Shown here: positions 29,532 through 40,354 of the stretch, in pieces
Position numbering within the stretch: position 1 is the first letter of the stretch
How the letters are laid out: every line of letters starts with the position of its first letter
NCBI GenBank assembly: GCA_023898805.1
Contig: CP060260.1
Span: forward strand, 10,329 to 74,328
Direction: 5' to 3'
Length of the DNA: 64,000 bases
From: Rhodospirillales bacterium
Lineage (GTDB): Bacteria > Pseudomonadota > Alphaproteobacteria > Micavibrionales > UBA1664
Program-made: the position numbers and the translations under genes
The notes under the pieces: generated by a model
Seen by the model: the letters and a program-made list of their open reading frames with translations, nothing else
Databases searched by the model: none
Told to the model about the DNA's origin: nothing

Positions 29532-31514
29532 GTGGCGCGCGCAGCAGTAAAAAGCAAGAAGACCGCAAACGCTGAAACCAATTCCGCCGAAACCGTGACG
29601 GCGGCCAAGGGCAATCTGGCCAAGATCGCCAAGGACCTGATCGCCCGCGGCAAGAAAACCGGTTACATCACCCACGACCAGTTGAACGCGGCGCTTCCGG
29701 CCGAGGAATATTCCTCCGACCAGATCGAAGACATCATGGTCAACATCTCCGACGCGGGCATCAATATCGTCGATGCCGACTCGGTTGAGGAGGGTGACGG
29801 CGAAGCGCAGGAAACCACGAACGCCGCCGACAGCGAAGACGAAGGTATCTCCGGCAACGTCTCCTCGGACGATCTTGGCCGCACCGACGACCCCGTGCGC
29901 ATGTATTTGCGCGAAATGGGTACGGTAAAACTGCTCTCGCGCGAGGGCGAGATCGCGATCGCCAAACGCATCGAGGCCGGACGCGAAATGATGATCGGCG
30001 GCATTTGCGAAAGCCCGCTGGCCATCGAATCCATCATCGCCTGGTACCACGCCCTGCAAAAGGGCGACATCCTGCTGCGCGAGATCATCGACCTTGAAGC
30101 CACATACAACAACGGCCCTGACGGGCAGGGTGACCCCGACGACCTGACCGGCGGTCAGGAATACGAGGAAAAGGACGAGCCGGAGGAAAAAGCCGAAGGC
30201 GAGGAAGGCGGCGAGGGTGAAGGCGGCGGCGAGGAGGACGAAGGCGGCCTCTCCCTGATCCTGATGGAGCAGAAGCTCAAGGAAGTGGTGTTCGAGAAAT
30301 TCCACGCCATCGAAAAAACCTACAAGGCCATGTCGAACGCGCAGGACAAGCGCATCGAGGCGATTGCATCCGGTAAGAAACCCGACCCGGCGGTCGAGAA
30401 GAAATACCAGAAATGCAAGGAGGACATGATCAAGCACATGAACGAGGTGCATCTGAACAATGCGCGCATCGAACAACTGCTTGACCGCCTGTACAAAATC
30501 AATCGCAACCTCGTGGGTCTGGAAGGCAAGCTTCTGCGCGTCGCCACCGATTCCGGCGTCAAGCGCGAGGAGTTCCTGAAGGAATATTACGGGCACGAAA
30601 TCGACCCAAGCTGGGTCAAGAAAATCGCCAAGCTGGCGGGTAAGGGCTGGAACAAATTCGCCACCAAGCACGCCGACGAAATCAAGCGCATGCGCGCCGA
30701 AATCGCCCTGACGCAGGAAGAGGCGGGCCTGCCAATCCCCGAATTCCGCCGCATCGTCAACACGGTGCAAAAGGGCGAGCGCGAAAGCAACCGCGCCAAG
30801 AAGGAGATGATCGAGGCCAACCTGCGTCTGGTCATTTCCATCGCCAAGAAATACACCAATCGCGGCCTGCAATTCCTCGACCTCATTCAGGAAGGAAATA
30901 TCGGCCTGATGAAGGCGGTCGATAAATTCGAATACCGTCGCGGTTATAAATTCTCGACCTATGCGACATGGTGGATCCGTCAGGCCATCACGCGCTCCAT
31001 CGCCGATCAGGCGCGCACCATCCGTATTCCGGTGCACATGATCGAAACCATCAACAAACTGGTGCGCACCTCGCGCCAGATGATGCACGAACTCGGCCGC
31101 GAACCGACGCCGGAAGAACTGGCCGAACGCCTGCACATGCCGCTCGACAAGGTGCGCAAGGTCCTGAAAATCGCCAAGGAACCTGTTTCCCTAGAAACCC
31201 CGATCGGGGACGAGGAGGATTCATCCTTGGGCGATTTCATCGAGGATAAAAACGCGATCAATCCGCTTGAAAGCGCGATCCATTCCAACCTCAAGGAAAC
31301 GACGACGCGCATCCTCGCTACGCTCACCCCGCGCGAGGAACGCGTGCTGCGCATGCGTTTCGGCATCGGCATGAACACCGACCATACGTTGGAGGAAGTG
31401 GGCCAGCAATTCAGCGTGACCCGCGAACGTATCCGTCAGATCGAGGCCAAGGCCCTGCGCAAGCTCAAGCATCCCTCGCGCTCCAAAAAGTTGCGGTCTT
31501 TCCTCGACACCTGA
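29532..31514 (+). CDS. rpoD: RNA polymerase sigma-70 factor RpoD
   Basis: [37 protein letters not shown] (region 2) and [27 protein letters not shown] (region 4.2). GTG 29532 preceded by AAGGGG; the track start 29493 is TTG. Confidence 0.93.
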   Translation: MARAAVKSKKTANAETNSAETVTAAKGNLAKIAKDLIARGKKTGYITHDQLNAALPAEEYSSDQIEDIMVNISDAGINIVDADSVEEGDGEAQETTNAADSEDEGISGNVSSDDLGRTDDPVRMYLREMGTVKLLSREGEIAIAKRIEAGREMMIGGICESPLAIESIIAWYHALQKGDILLREIIDLEATYNNGPDGQGDPDDLTGGQEYEEKDEPEEKAEGEEGGEGEGGGEEDEGGLSLILMEQKLKEVVFEKFHAIEKTYKAMSNAQDKRIEAIASGKKPDPAVEKKYQKCKEDMIKHMNEVHLNNARIEQLLDRLYKINRNLVGLEGKLLRVATDSGVKREEFLKEYYGHEIDPSWVKKIAKLAGKGWNKFATKHADEIKRMRAEIALTQEEAGLPIPEFRRIVNTVQKGERESNRAKKEMIEANLRLVISIAKKYTNRGLQFLDLIQEGNIGLMKAVDKFEYRRGYKFSTYATWWIRQAITRSIADQARTIRIPVHMIETINKLVRTSRQMMHELGREPTPEELAERLHMPLDKVRKVLKIAKEPVSLETPIGDEEDSSLGDFIEDKNAINPLESAIHSNLKETTTRILATLTPREERVLRMRFGIGMNTDHTLEEVGQQFSVTRERIRQIEAKALRKLKHPSRSKKLRSFLDT

Positions 31515-31552
31515 TACGGCTACGGAAAATCCGTACCGGAAAGGGATAGACC

Positions 31553-32029
31553 ATGGCGCCTAAAGGGACAGTATCCGCCAAACTGAATGACGCGGCCGCC
31601 GCCAGCCACGCGGCCTATATGCGCCGCATCATGGAGGACCCGGAATTTCGCGCGGCCGAATTGCTGAAGTTCCGCCAGAAAGATGGTATTCTTGATGGCG
31701 ATAATCGCGCCTATTTCAGCCTGCAATTAAGCCGCTTTGGCGGGCTTTTTAAAGGCCCCGGCCATATCGAAATGGATGGCGGGGATATGGAAGCCATGCA
31801 GTTCTCCGTATGGGATTGGCTGGATAAATGCGTGGGGGAATACGACTGGGTTTCCATCTGCCTGCATGGCCCCCACCCATCCGGTTGGAGCATTGCCGGG
31901 GGTGCCAATACCGACCCCGTGCAGGTTCTCGATACAATGAAACGCTTTTACGCCGACCTTGCGCGTTTGCCCGAGGCCGTTTCCAGTGCATCGCTCAAAC
32001 CGGCGCTGCCAACATTGCGCGCGCGTTAG
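31553..32029 (+). CDS. hypothetical protein (158 aa)
   Basis: AAGGGA upstream of the ATG. No motif recognised. Followed by a 9-bp hairpin ATGCCCCGA/TCGGGGCAT at 32068-32090. Confidence 0.5.
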   Translation: MAPKGTVSAKLNDAAAASHAAYMRRIMEDPEFRAAELLKFRQKDGILDGDNRAYFSLQLSRFGGLFKGPGHIEMDGGDMEAMQFSVWDWLDKCVGEYDWVSICLHGPHPSGWSIAGGANTDPVQVLDTMKRFYADLARLPEAVSSASLKPALPTLRAR

Positions 32030-32171
32030 AGCGTTTTGTTTTCAGACTGACGTAATTTTCATGCGTCATGCCCCGACTTGTTCGGGGCATCCATTGTGCC
32101 GAATGATATAGCCGTCCCCGTTAAGAATAGGACGAACAATCCAAGCTGAAGAAAAACTTGATACACATTTT

Positions 32172-32292
32172 ACCGCTAAGAACACTAAGCCTCGCTAAGG
32201 GACGCTAAGAATTTTAACGAAATCATATGGTTGCGTGAATTTTGCAGGGCCTTCCTTAGCGTTTCTTAACGGCCCTTCGCGCACTTAGCGGT
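32172..32292. mobile_element. 121-bp ORF-less miniature element with inverted CGCTAAG-array arms (MITE-like relative of the 59882-60360 cassette)
   Basis: Left arm 32172-32209 and right arm 32255-32292 each carry four (C)GCTAAG-type units spaced 9/10/10 bp. Arms match those of the GxxExxY cassette at 30/38 (left) and 32/38 (right). The core is 45 bp. Confidence 0.5.
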
Positions 32293-32434
32293 TTAAAAAT
32301 TCAGGCGTAAAAAATGTTCGCTTCTTATTGGGAATGACCATAGATATCCACCATTCCTTGCCGTATCCGATATCGGCCCACCTTGCAGTGACAAAACGTA
32401 TTTTTTTCCTGTGCTTCGTGCTTAAACTGCGGGC

Positions 32435-33391
32435 ATGACGTCCCCGACCCACATCGTCTGGATTCTGGTTGAAAAAAACCTTATTGGTACGGAAAACCAG
32501 TGCCTTGGGGTGGCTGAGGCACTGGGGCATCCGTACACGATCAAACGCTTTACCCTGCGCCAGCCGTGGAAATCCCTGAGCCCATACCTGATTTGCGGCA
32601 TTGGGCGCGCGGGTTATCGGGGTGATGCCCTGACCGCGCCATGGCCCGATATTTTGATCTGCGGTGGGCGCAAGGCGGCGGGCGTCGCGCTGTGGGTCAA
32701 ACGTCAAAGCCCGAAAACCTTTACTGTCTGTCTGCTCGATCCCCGCGCGCGTCGCGCCGAATTCGATCTGATCGCCGCCCCCGCGCACGACCGCACCCCC
32801 GGCAAGAACGTCGTCGAAACCACAGGCGCGCCCAACCGCGTCACCCCGGCGCGCCTGACGGTGGCGGCAGACCGTTGGCGCGGCGTTCTGGCACCGGACG
32901 ACCGCAAACGCATCGCGGTGCTGATCGGCGGCAATACCAAACATTACACTTTAAGCGACGAAATCGCCCGCAAGCTTGGCAACGATCTGCGCGCGCTGGC
33001 CGATCATGGCTACCGGTTGATGCTCACCGCCTCGCGCCGCACGCCGCCTCCCGCGCGGGCCATCCTTGAAAACGCCCTTACGGGTTGCGATGCCTTTATC
33101 TGGGACGGGCAGGGGGAAAACCCCTATACGGGGATGCTGGCGCTGGCCGACGCGATCCTTGTGACCGCCGACTCCGTCTCAATGACCGCCGAGGCCGCAA
33201 CCACCGGCAAGCCTGTCTATCGCATCGATTTGGAAGGCGAGAGTCCGCGCATCGCGGCCTTTCATGCCCGGCTGGGAGAAGCTGGAATCGCGCGCCCCTT
33301 CACCGGAAAAATTGAAAACTGGTCCTATGCGCCGTTAAATGATGCGGGGATGCTGGCGCAGGCAATTATCCGCCGATACGCGGACCGTTAG
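32435..33391 (+). CDS. ELM1/GtrOC1-family protein (putative glycosyltransferase, DUF1022)
   Basis: IWILVEKNLIGTENQCLGVAEALG N-terminus, ILICGGRKAA and VTADSVSMTAEAATTGKPV blocks, as I recall for this family. Confidence 0.7.
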   Translation: MTSPTHIVWILVEKNLIGTENQCLGVAEALGHPYTIKRFTLRQPWKSLSPYLICGIGRAGYRGDALTAPWPDILICGGRKAAGVALWVKRQSPKTFTVCLLDPRARRAEFDLIAAPAHDRTPGKNVVETTGAPNRVTPARLTVAADRWRGVLAPDDRKRIAVLIGGNTKHYTLSDEIARKLGNDLRALADHGYRLMLTASRRTPPPARAILENALTGCDAFIWDGQGENPYTGMLALADAILVTADSVSMTAEAATTGKPVYRIDLEGESPRIAAFHARLGEAGIARPFTGKIENWSYAPLNDAGMLAQAIIRRYADR

Positions 33392-33647
33392 GCCCTGCCG
33401 CGTTCGCGTTCCGGATTTCCTCGGTAACGCCTTGCGCGAATTGCCTTACAGCGCTATGAGCGGAAAATGCAGCGGACAATCCCGCGCCTACGGCAGCCAT
33501 AAAAAGAAAGGCGGCCTCAGGCTTGGAAGCGGCCAGAAAACGAGATGCCATGTCACTGATTGTCAAACTCACGATGCTAAACGCTACTACTTGTGCTCCA
33601 CTATAGGTAGCGTTCTTGAATTGAGTGTTTATATCGGGTGTGGGCAT
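33366..33647 (-). CDS. hypothetical small membrane protein (93 aa)
   Basis: GAAGG upstream of the ATG and two hydrophobic stretches. Overlaps the ELM1-family gene end by 26 nt. Confidence 0.35.
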   Translation of the reverse strand: MPTPDINTQFKNATYSGAQVVAFSIVSLTISDMASRFLAASKPEAAFLFMAAVGAGLSAAFSAHSAVRQFAQGVTEEIRNANAAGPNGPRIGG

Positions 33648-33757
33648 GGCATAGCCTTCATGGTTTTTATGGATGTATAGAGCGATATATCATATTGACA
33701 TATTGTATTCAAATTTTTGCATTACTTGATGCTGAGGGCAATCAAAATGGCGGATAA

Positions 33758-34438
33758 ATGACCGGGATTTCTGAAAAAGCCATCGCCTGTGTTGTAACGG
33801 GCGATGTACGCACACCGCACCAGCCGGTCATTTTCACCAGTTGCCGCAAAGCCGAGGCCGAGGACTTCGTTGCGGCGAACCCTGGCCATGCGCTCATCCA
33901 TTCCACCCCTGCTGGCGCGGCGCTGGAGGAATTGCGCCTGTTCGACCAAATGTCGATGAAGACGGCCTATCTGCACTGGTTTTATCTTTCCGCCCGGTTT
34001 GTCGTGGAAAACGCGTTTCCAGACAATGTGCTGTTTTTCGCAAACCACGAAAACCCCACCAGCACGGCCTTCGGCATCGAAATTCCGCTGCTGTACCATT
34101 TGAAACCGAATATACGCAGCCTGACCAACCCGCTGGCGGGGCGCGTCATCCCGCGTGAAGACTGGCTGGCCGAAGGGCTGATGCGGCCCTATGTCCTGGG
34201 TCTGACCAATCTTTATATGCATGGGCCGGACCGCAAGATGGATGCCGGGGAAAGCCTGCTCCACGCCAAATTCGGGGAAGCGGCGGATGGGTTGCCCACG
34301 GCACAGGATCCTATAGAGTACTGGGCGGAAAGAGGGCTGAAAATGATGGTCGCGGGCTATCTGCACGCGCACGGAAATTTCCCGCGCGACCCAAAAACCC
34401 CCGGCAATCCATTGACCTGCGCCCTTGTCGCGGCCTGA
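33758..34438 (+). CDS. hypothetical protein (226 aa)
   Basis: Long ORF with coding-like third-position bias. AT-rich divergent spacer upstream. No family recognised. Confidence 0.5.
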   Translation: MTGISEKAIACVVTGDVRTPHQPVIFTSCRKAEAEDFVAANPGHALIHSTPAGAALEELRLFDQMSMKTAYLHWFYLSARFVVENAFPDNVLFFANHENPTSTAFGIEIPLLYHLKPNIRSLTNPLAGRVIPREDWLAEGLMRPYVLGLTNLYMHGPDRKMDAGESLLHAKFGEAADGLPTAQDPIEYWAERGLKMMVAGYLHAHGNFPRDPKTPGNPLTCALVAA

Positions 34439-34463
34439 TAAAAACGAAACATGAAAGAGAACA

Positions 34464-35450
34464 ATGCAAACAATTGAAACCAAGGTCCTGATCATCGGCT
34501 CCGGCCCGGCCGGATACACGGCGGCGATTTATGCCGCGCGCGCCAACCTGAAGCCCGTGCTGGTGCAAGGGCATGAACCCGGTGGGCAATTGACCATCAC
34601 CACCGATGTCGAAAATTACCCCGGTTTCAAGGACCCGATTCAGGGCCCGTGGCTGATGGAACAAATGAAGGCGCAGGCCGAACATGTCGGCGCGCAGATG
34701 ATTTGGGACACCATCACCGATGTCGATTTCTCCAAACGACCTTTCGTTTGCAAAGGTGAGGGCGGCGATACCTATGTCGCCCAGACGGTCATCATCGCCA
34801 CCGGCGCGCAGGCGCGCTGGCTGGGCATCGAGGGCGAAAAGAAATTCAACGGACTGGGCGTGTCCGCCTGCGCCACCTGCGACGGGTTCTTTTTCAAGGG
34901 GCAGGACGTCGCGGTCATCGGCGGTGGCAACTCGGCGGTGGAGGAGGCGCTCTACCTCTCCGGCATCGCCAAAACCGTGACCGTCATCCACCGGCGCGAT
35001 TCCTTCCGTTCCGAACGCATCCTGCAGGACCGCCTGTTCGCCAAAGACAACGTCAAGGTCGTCTGGGACCACACGGTCGAGGACGTTCTGGGCGTCGAGC
35101 GCGGGGGCGAGGGCACGCCGGGCATGACCGGGATTTTGATTAAAAACGTCAAGACCGGCGCGACCCAAACGCTGCCCGTTACCGGCATGTTCGTGGCCAT
35201 CGGCCACGCGCCCGCGACCGCGCTGTTCAAAGGCAAGCTGAAAATGGATGCGGCCGGCTATCTGGTCACAGCGCCCGATTCAACGGCCACCGAAATTCCC
35301 GGCGTGTTCGCGGCGGGCGACGTCAAGGACCATGTCTACCGTCAGGCGGTCACCGCCGCGGGCATGGGCTGCATGGCGGCGCTTGAGGCCGACCGCTTTC
35401 TCGCCGCGCAGGATGGGGCCACGGACAAAAAGGCTACACAGGCGGCCTGA
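34464..35450 (+). CDS. trxB: thioredoxin-disulfide reductase
   Basis: GSGPAGYTAAIYAAR FAD motif, redox CATCDG, GGGNSAVEEA NADPH motif. Confidence 0.93.
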   Translation: MQTIETKVLIIGSGPAGYTAAIYAARANLKPVLVQGHEPGGQLTITTDVENYPGFKDPIQGPWLMEQMKAQAEHVGAQMIWDTITDVDFSKRPFVCKGEGGDTYVAQTVIIATGAQARWLGIEGEKKFNGLGVSACATCDGFFFKGQDVAVIGGGNSAVEEALYLSGIAKTVTVIHRRDSFRSERILQDRLFAKDNVKVVWDHTVEDVLGVERGGEGTPGMTGILIKNVKTGATQTLPVTGMFVAIGHAPATALFKGKLKMDAAGYLVTAPDSTATEIPGVFAAGDVKDHVYRQAVTAAGMGCMAALEADRFLAAQDGATDKKATQAA

Positions 35451-35534
35451 AGGGCCCATAACCATAAAAAACCCCGGAATACCGCTTATTCGGCACTTGC
35501 TAAACCCACGGCTTGTTCTTAGTCTTCGCGGAAA

Positions 35535-35618
35535 GCCCCAGTGGTGAAATGGTAGACGCGCCTGACTCAAAATCAGGTACCGAAAGGTGTGGGGGTTCAA
35601 GTCCCTCCTGGGGCACCA
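35535..35618 (+). tRNA. tRNA-Leu (anticodon CAA), class II with long variable arm, CCA encoded
   Basis: Hand-folded. Acceptor GCCCCAG/CTGGGGC. Anticodon stem CCTGA/TCAGG with loop CTCAAAA. Variable arm TACCGAAAGGTGT. T arm GGGGG-TTCAAGT-CCCTC. 3' ACCA. Confidence 0.9.
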
Positions 35619-35645
35619 CATTTTTGGCAACGGAAGGAAAATATC

Positions 35646-36131
35646 ATGGCAGGCAGCGTCAACAAGGTGATGTTGATCGGTAATCTGGGTCGCGACCCGG
35701 AGGTCAAGACGATGCAAAACGGCGGCAAGGTGTGCAACCTGTCCGTCGCGACGTCGGAAAGCTGGAAGGACAAGGCGACCGGCGAACGCAAGGAAAAAAC
35801 CGAATGGCATCGCGTCGTGGTGTTTAACGAGAACATCATCAACGTCTGTGAAAATTACCTGAAAAAAGGCGCCAAGGTTTACGTCGAGGGCCAATTGGAA
35901 ACCCGCAAATGGACCGATCAGTCGGGTCAGGAAAAATACTCGACCGAGGTCGTCCTGCGTCCGTTCCGTGGCGAGCTGACGATGCTCGACAGCCGCAGCG
36001 GCGCTGCCGGTAACGACAACGGCAATTACGATCAACGCCCGCAGCAACAGGCCGCCGGTGGTGGCGCGGGGGGCGGAAACTGGCAATCACCCAAAGGGGG
36101 AAACGACTTTGAAGACGACATTCCGTTCTAA
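35646..36131 (+). CDS. ssb: single-stranded DNA-binding protein
   Basis: [19 protein letters not shown]-fold start, Gly/Gln-rich linker and acidic tip FEDDIPF. Confidence 0.92.
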   Translation: MAGSVNKVMLIGNLGRDPEVKTMQNGGKVCNLSVATSESWKDKATGERKEKTEWHRVVVFNENIINVCENYLKKGAKVYVEGQLETRKWTDQSGQEKYSTEVVLRPFRGELTMLDSRSGAAGNDNGNYDQRPQQQAAGGGAGGGNWQSPKGGNDFEDDIPF

Positions 36132-36588
36132 GCTTTTTGCGCTGCTCGCGCTTTTGCTTCTCGCATTCGCCGGGGCGGCGTACGCGACCTCGCCCGAATC
36201 GCCTCCTGGTGGTGCCGTCACGACCGAACGTCTGGCGCTGGCGAAGAAATACATCGCCGACGTGCCAGTGGAAGCCGAGGTCCGCGCCGCGATCGAACAG
36301 ATGTCCAATATGGTCGCGCCGGACCAGCGCGCGCTGTATTCCTCGCTCGCTGGCGGCATCGACTACGCCAAATTGCGCGAGGCAGCGGAGCTTGCCGTGG
36401 CCCAGATCTTCACTGATAAGGAAATTCAGGCGATGATCGACTTTTACGGATCGCCCGAAGGCAAATCGATCCAGACCAAGATGCCGCAATACGAAAGCAA
36501 GATGCAGCCCGTGATGGAACAGGTCCTACGCGGCTTTGTTGAAAAGCTTCAGGCCAACAACGTCATGGTGTCGCAAACGCCTCAGTAA
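36109..36588 (+). CDS. DUF2059-like periplasmic protein
   Basis: Signal peptide [19 protein letters not shown] after a TTG start, and the [26 protein letters not shown] block typical of DUF2059. Start choice is uncertain; it overlaps the ssb end. Confidence 0.7.
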   Translation: MKTTFRSKLFALLALLLLAFAGAAYATSPESPPGGAVTTERLALAKKYIADVPVEAEVRAAIEQMSNMVAPDQRALYSSLAGGIDYAKLREAAELAVAQIFTDKEIQAMIDFYGSPEGKSIQTKMPQYESKMQPVMEQVLRGFVEKLQANNVMVSQTPQ

Positions 36589-36613
36589 TAAAATACGGCT
36601 GACGTAATGCTAA

Positions 36614-36637
36614 CCCCCGGAAACATCCGGGGGTTTT
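36614..36637 (+). terminator. intrinsic terminator
   Basis: CCCCCGGA-AACA-TCCGGGGG followed by TTTT. Confidence 0.65.
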
Positions 36638-36720
36638 GCGCTTTTTGACCGGTTTTTTTAGATATTTTTAACGCGGCGCTGGATAGAATAAAGCAGCAGC
36701 TTTTATGTCTGGAAAACGGC

Positions 36721-37437
36721 ATGTCGTACAAATCCATCGCGTTTGAAAAACAACTGGCGAAATACCGGCAGGATCAGGCTGTGAAATCGATCATGGACCT
36801 GCCGGATCACAAACACCGCCCGGCTGAACGTGTTCAGGCATCGCCGCAGGCCCAGACGTCAAGGGGACTTGGCGCGGGACCAAGCCTGCGCACCCATTCC
36901 CTTGATGAAATCGCCCGCGCATCGGCGCCGCAACACGAAACGCCCGTTCAGACCGATCAGGTGCTCGCGGCCCATCCTGCGCCCGAACGGGATGCGTTAC
37001 CGAAAAAACCGCTATATGCCCGCACGTGGTTCTGGGCGCTGGTGATGCTGGTCATGGTCGGTATCGCGGCGAAACCCATGTTGAGCGAACGTCTTGCACA
37101 GTTGCACGGCATCGCGCAAACCATCGAAAATTCGACCGGGATTGACCCGTTTAGTGCTAAAACTTACGGTGATCTGGCGCGGGGCAAGCTTGATGCCCCG
37201 AAACTTAATGCAGCGGCGGCCGATACGAAAACCCAACCTTTGGTTCCCGTGCCGGCGCCCTCGCACGATACGGCGCAAATGATGCGCGAGGCGCAGGACC
37301 GCGCCGATGCCGTGGCGCGTCAGGGGTCAAGCGCGAGCATGCGTTACATCGAGGAAGAAACCAAACGCCTGAACGAAATGGCGAAGGAAATCGATCAGCG
37401 CCAGGGCCGCGCGGGCCAAACCGGCACGAACCGCTGA
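36721..37437 (+). CDS. hypothetical single-pass membrane protein (238 aa)
   Basis: Central TM segment WFWALVMLVMVGIAA, a Pro/Gln-rich N-terminal half and a helical C-terminal half. No family recognised. Confidence 0.5.
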   Translation: MSYKSIAFEKQLAKYRQDQAVKSIMDLPDHKHRPAERVQASPQAQTSRGLGAGPSLRTHSLDEIARASAPQHETPVQTDQVLAAHPAPERDALPKKPLYARTWFWALVMLVMVGIAAKPMLSERLAQLHGIAQTIENSTGIDPFSAKTYGDLARGKLDAPKLNAAAADTKTQPLVPVPAPSHDTAQMMREAQDRADAVARQGSSASMRYIEEETKRLNEMAKEIDQRQGRAGQTGTNR

Positions 37438-37490
37438 AACAGAGCTGAAAACACTGGAAATCCGGTGCCTCGTGCCCATATAAAGAGGGC

Positions 37491-40340
37491 ATGAAATCCA
37501 TCACCGTCCGCGGCGCGCGCGAACATAACCTGAAAAACGTCACGATCGAAATGCCGCGCGACCGGCTGATCGTGATCACCGGCCTGTCCGGGTCGGGCAA
37601 GTCCTCGCTGGCCTTCGATACCATCTATGCCGAAGGTCAACGCCGCTATGTCGAAAGTCTGTCGGCCTATGCCCGCCAGTTTCTTGAAATGATGCAAAAG
37701 CCGGACGTCGATTCCATCGACGGCCTTTCGCCGGCCATTTCGATCGAACAAAAGACCACCAGCCGCAACCCGCGTTCGACCGTCGGCACGGTGACCGAGA
37801 TATACGACTACATGCGCCTTTTATGGGCGCGCATCGGCGTGCCCTATTCTCCGGCCACCGGTCTGCCCATTGAAAGCCAGTCGGCAAGCCAGATGGTGGA
37901 CGCGATCAAAAAAATGGGCGATGGCGCACGGCTTTACATCGCGGCTCCTATCGTGCGCGGACGTAAAGGGGAATACAAAAAGGAATTGAGCGAATTGCGC
38001 GCCAAGGGATTCCAGCGCGCAAAAATCGACGGCAAACTGGTTGAACTCGATACCATTCCGACCCTCGATAAAAAATACAAACACGACATCTCAATCGTGG
38101 TCGACCGTCTGGTGCTGAAATCCGACATTGGCAACCGTCTGGCCGACAGTATTGAAACCGCGCTGCGGCTGGCCGACGGGCTGGTGATTGTCGAAAACGC
38201 CGATACGGGCGTGGAAACCCTGTTTTCAGAAAAATTTGCCTGCCCCGTATCCGGCTTTACCATCGCGGAGATCGAGCCGCGTCTGTTCTCCTTCAACTCG
38301 CCGCACGGTGCGTGCCCCGTCTGCGACGGTCTGGGCGAAAAAATGCTGATGGACGAGGGGCTGATCGTCCCTGATCCCAAAAAATCACTGGCCAAGGGCG
38401 CGATCGAGCCGTGGTCGAAAAGCTTCGCGCCTTTTTACATGCAGGCGCTGGAAGGTGTGGCCAAACACTACAAATTCCGCACCGACGTGCCGTGGGAAAA
38501 ACTCAAACCCGAACACCGCGACATCGTTCTGTATGGTTCCGGCGACCAGCCCATCAAGATCACGTATCACAGCAAGACCGAAAGCACATGGGCCAGCAAC
38601 AAGCCGTTCGAGGGCGTAATCCCTTCGCTGCAACGCCGCCTGCTGGAAACCGAAAGCGACAACGCGCGCGAGGAAATCAGCCGTTATCAACGCTCCGCCC
38701 CTTGTGACGCATGCAACGGCGCGCGCCTGAAGCCTGAGGCGCTGGCGGTAAAAATCAACGGCATGAATATTTCCCAGACCGCCGAAATGTCGATCGAGGA
38801 CGCCTGCGACTGGTTCGGCAAGCTGCCGAAAAAACTGGGCGCCAAACAAAACGAAATCGCCGCGCGGATTTTAAAGGAAATCAACGAACGCCTGACCTTC
38901 TTGATGAATGTGGGGCTGGATTACCTGACTCTTTCACGCGCATCGGGTACGCTTTCCGGCGGCGAAAGCCAGCGTATCCGGCTCGCCAGCCAGATTGGGT
39001 CGGGCTTGACCGGCGTGCTGTATGTGCTCGACGAACCTTCCATCGGCCTGCACCAACGCGACAACAACCGGCTGCTGGAAACGCTGCGCCGCCTGCGCGA
39101 TCTAGGTAATACGGTGCTGGTCGTCGAACATGACGAGGACGCGATCCGCGCCGCCGACTATTTGATCGACATGGGGCCGGGCGCAGGCGTGCATGGCGGG
39201 CAGGTCGTGGCCGCCGGGCGGCCCGAACAGGTGCTGGCCGCCAAAAACAGCCTGACCGCCGATTACATGACCGGGCGAAAATCCATCCCCGTGCCGTCCG
39301 TTCGCCGCAAGGGCAGGGCGAAACAGGCGGTTTCAGTGCGCGGCGCGACCGGCAACAACCTCAAAAACGTCGGCGTGGATATTCCATTGGGGATTTTCAC
39401 CTGCGTGACCGGGGTTTCAGGGTCCGGCAAATCGACGCTGGTGCTCGATACGCTTTACCGCGCCATCGCCCGCGAATGGAACGAAAGTGGCGAGGCGCCG
39501 GCCCCGCACAAGGACATCAAAGGCCTGGAATTCATCGACAAGATCATCGACATCGACCAGTCGCCCATCGGCCGGACGCCGCGTTCCAACCCCGCCACCT
39601 ATACCGGCGCCTTCACGCCGATCCGTGATTGGTTCGCGGGCCTGCCGGAGGCCAAGGCGCGCGGTTACGGTCCCGGGCGTTTTTCCTTCAACGTCAAGGG
39701 CGGGCGTTGTGAAACCTGTCAGGGCGACGGTGTGATTCGCATCGAAATGCACTTCTTGCCCGATGTCTACGTCACCTGCGATGCCTGCCATGGCAAGCGC
39801 TATAACCGTGAAACGCTGGAAGTCAAATACCGCGAAAAATCCATCAGCGACGTTCTGGATATGACGATCGAGGAAGCGGCGCAATTCTTCAAGGCCGTCC
39901 CCGCCATCCGTACAAAAATGGAAACGTTGCAGGATGTGGGGCTTGGCTATGTTCAGGTGGGACAGGCGGCGACGACCCTTTCGGGAGGCGAGGCGCAACG
40001 CGTCAAACTGGCCAAGGAACTGGCCCGCCGCTCGACAGGCAAGACACTCTACATCCTTGACGAACCGACCACCGGACTGCATTTCGACGACGTGCGCAAA
40101 CTGCTTGAGGTGCTGCACGCGCTGGTCGATCAGGGTAATACCGTACTGGTGATCGAACACAATCTGGACGTCATCAAGACGGCGGACTGGATCATCGACA
40201 TGGGACCGGAGGGCGGAACACGCGGCGGACAAATCGTCGCCACCGGCACGCCGGAGGATATCGCCGCCACACGCGAAAGCCATACCGGAGCATTCCTGAA
40301 ACCCGTGCTCGCCGCTGGAAAGCCCCGTAAATCTGCGTAA
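37491..40340 (+). CDS. uvrA: excinuclease ABC subunit A
   Basis: Two ABC modules ([10 protein letters not shown] and [10 protein letters not shown]), LSGGE signatures and zinc-finger cysteines CPVCDG / CETCQGDG. Confidence 0.95.
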   Translation: MKSITVRGAREHNLKNVTIEMPRDRLIVITGLSGSGKSSLAFDTIYAEGQRRYVESLSAYARQFLEMMQKPDVDSIDGLSPAISIEQKTTSRNPRSTVGTVTEIYDYMRLLWARIGVPYSPATGLPIESQSASQMVDAIKKMGDGARLYIAAPIVRGRKGEYKKELSELRAKGFQRAKIDGKLVELDTIPTLDKKYKHDISIVVDRLVLKSDIGNRLADSIETALRLADGLVIVENADTGVETLFSEKFACPVSGFTIAEIEPRLFSFNSPHGACPVCDGLGEKMLMDEGLIVPDPKKSLAKGAIEPWSKSFAPFYMQALEGVAKHYKFRTDVPWEKLKPEHRDIVLYGSGDQPIKITYHSKTESTWASNKPFEGVIPSLQRRLLETESDNAREEISRYQRSAPCDACNGARLKPEALAVKINGMNISQTAEMSIEDACDWFGKLPKKLGAKQNEIAARILKEINERLTFLMNVGLDYLTLSRASGTLSGGESQRIRLASQIGSGLTGVLYVLDEPSIGLHQRDNNRLLETLRRLRDLGNTVLVVEHDEDAIRAADYLIDMGPGAGVHGGQVVAAGRPEQVLAAKNSLTADYMTGRKSIPVPSVRRKGRAKQAVSVRGATGNNLKNVGVDIPLGIFTCVTGVSGSGKSTLVLDTLYRAIAREWNESGEAPAPHKDIKGLEFIDKIIDIDQSPIGRTPRSNPATYTGAFTPIRDWFAGLPEAKARGYGPGRFSFNVKGGRCETCQGDGVIRIEMHFLPDVYVTCDACHGKRYNRETLEVKYREKSISDVLDMTIEEAAQFFKAVPAIRTKMETLQDVGLGYVQVGQAATTLSGGEAQRVKLAKELARRSTGKTLYILDEPTTGLHFDDVRKLLEVLHALVDQGNTVLVIEHNLDVIKTADWIIDMGPEGGTRGGQIVATGTPEDIAATRESHTGAFLKPVLAAGKPRKSA

Positions 40341-40354
40341 ATCGGAATGACGGC

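Noticed and set aside
32172-32292. Possible CRISPR array, because of regularly repeated CGCTAAG units (also at 59882-59919 and 60323-60360)
   Set aside because: The units are 7-9 bp at 10-bp period with no spacers, are arranged as inverted arms, and no cas genes are present. This is not CRISPR.
35535-36131. tRNA-Leu as an integration hot spot for a genomic island (ssb directly downstream)
   Set aside because: No integrase is present, I noticed no direct repeat of the tRNA 3' end further downstream, and the following genes (ssb, DUF2059, uvrA) are core-like. The short CTTAGTCTTCGCGG string at 35518-35531 resembles two arm units of the CGCTAAG element but is too short to count.
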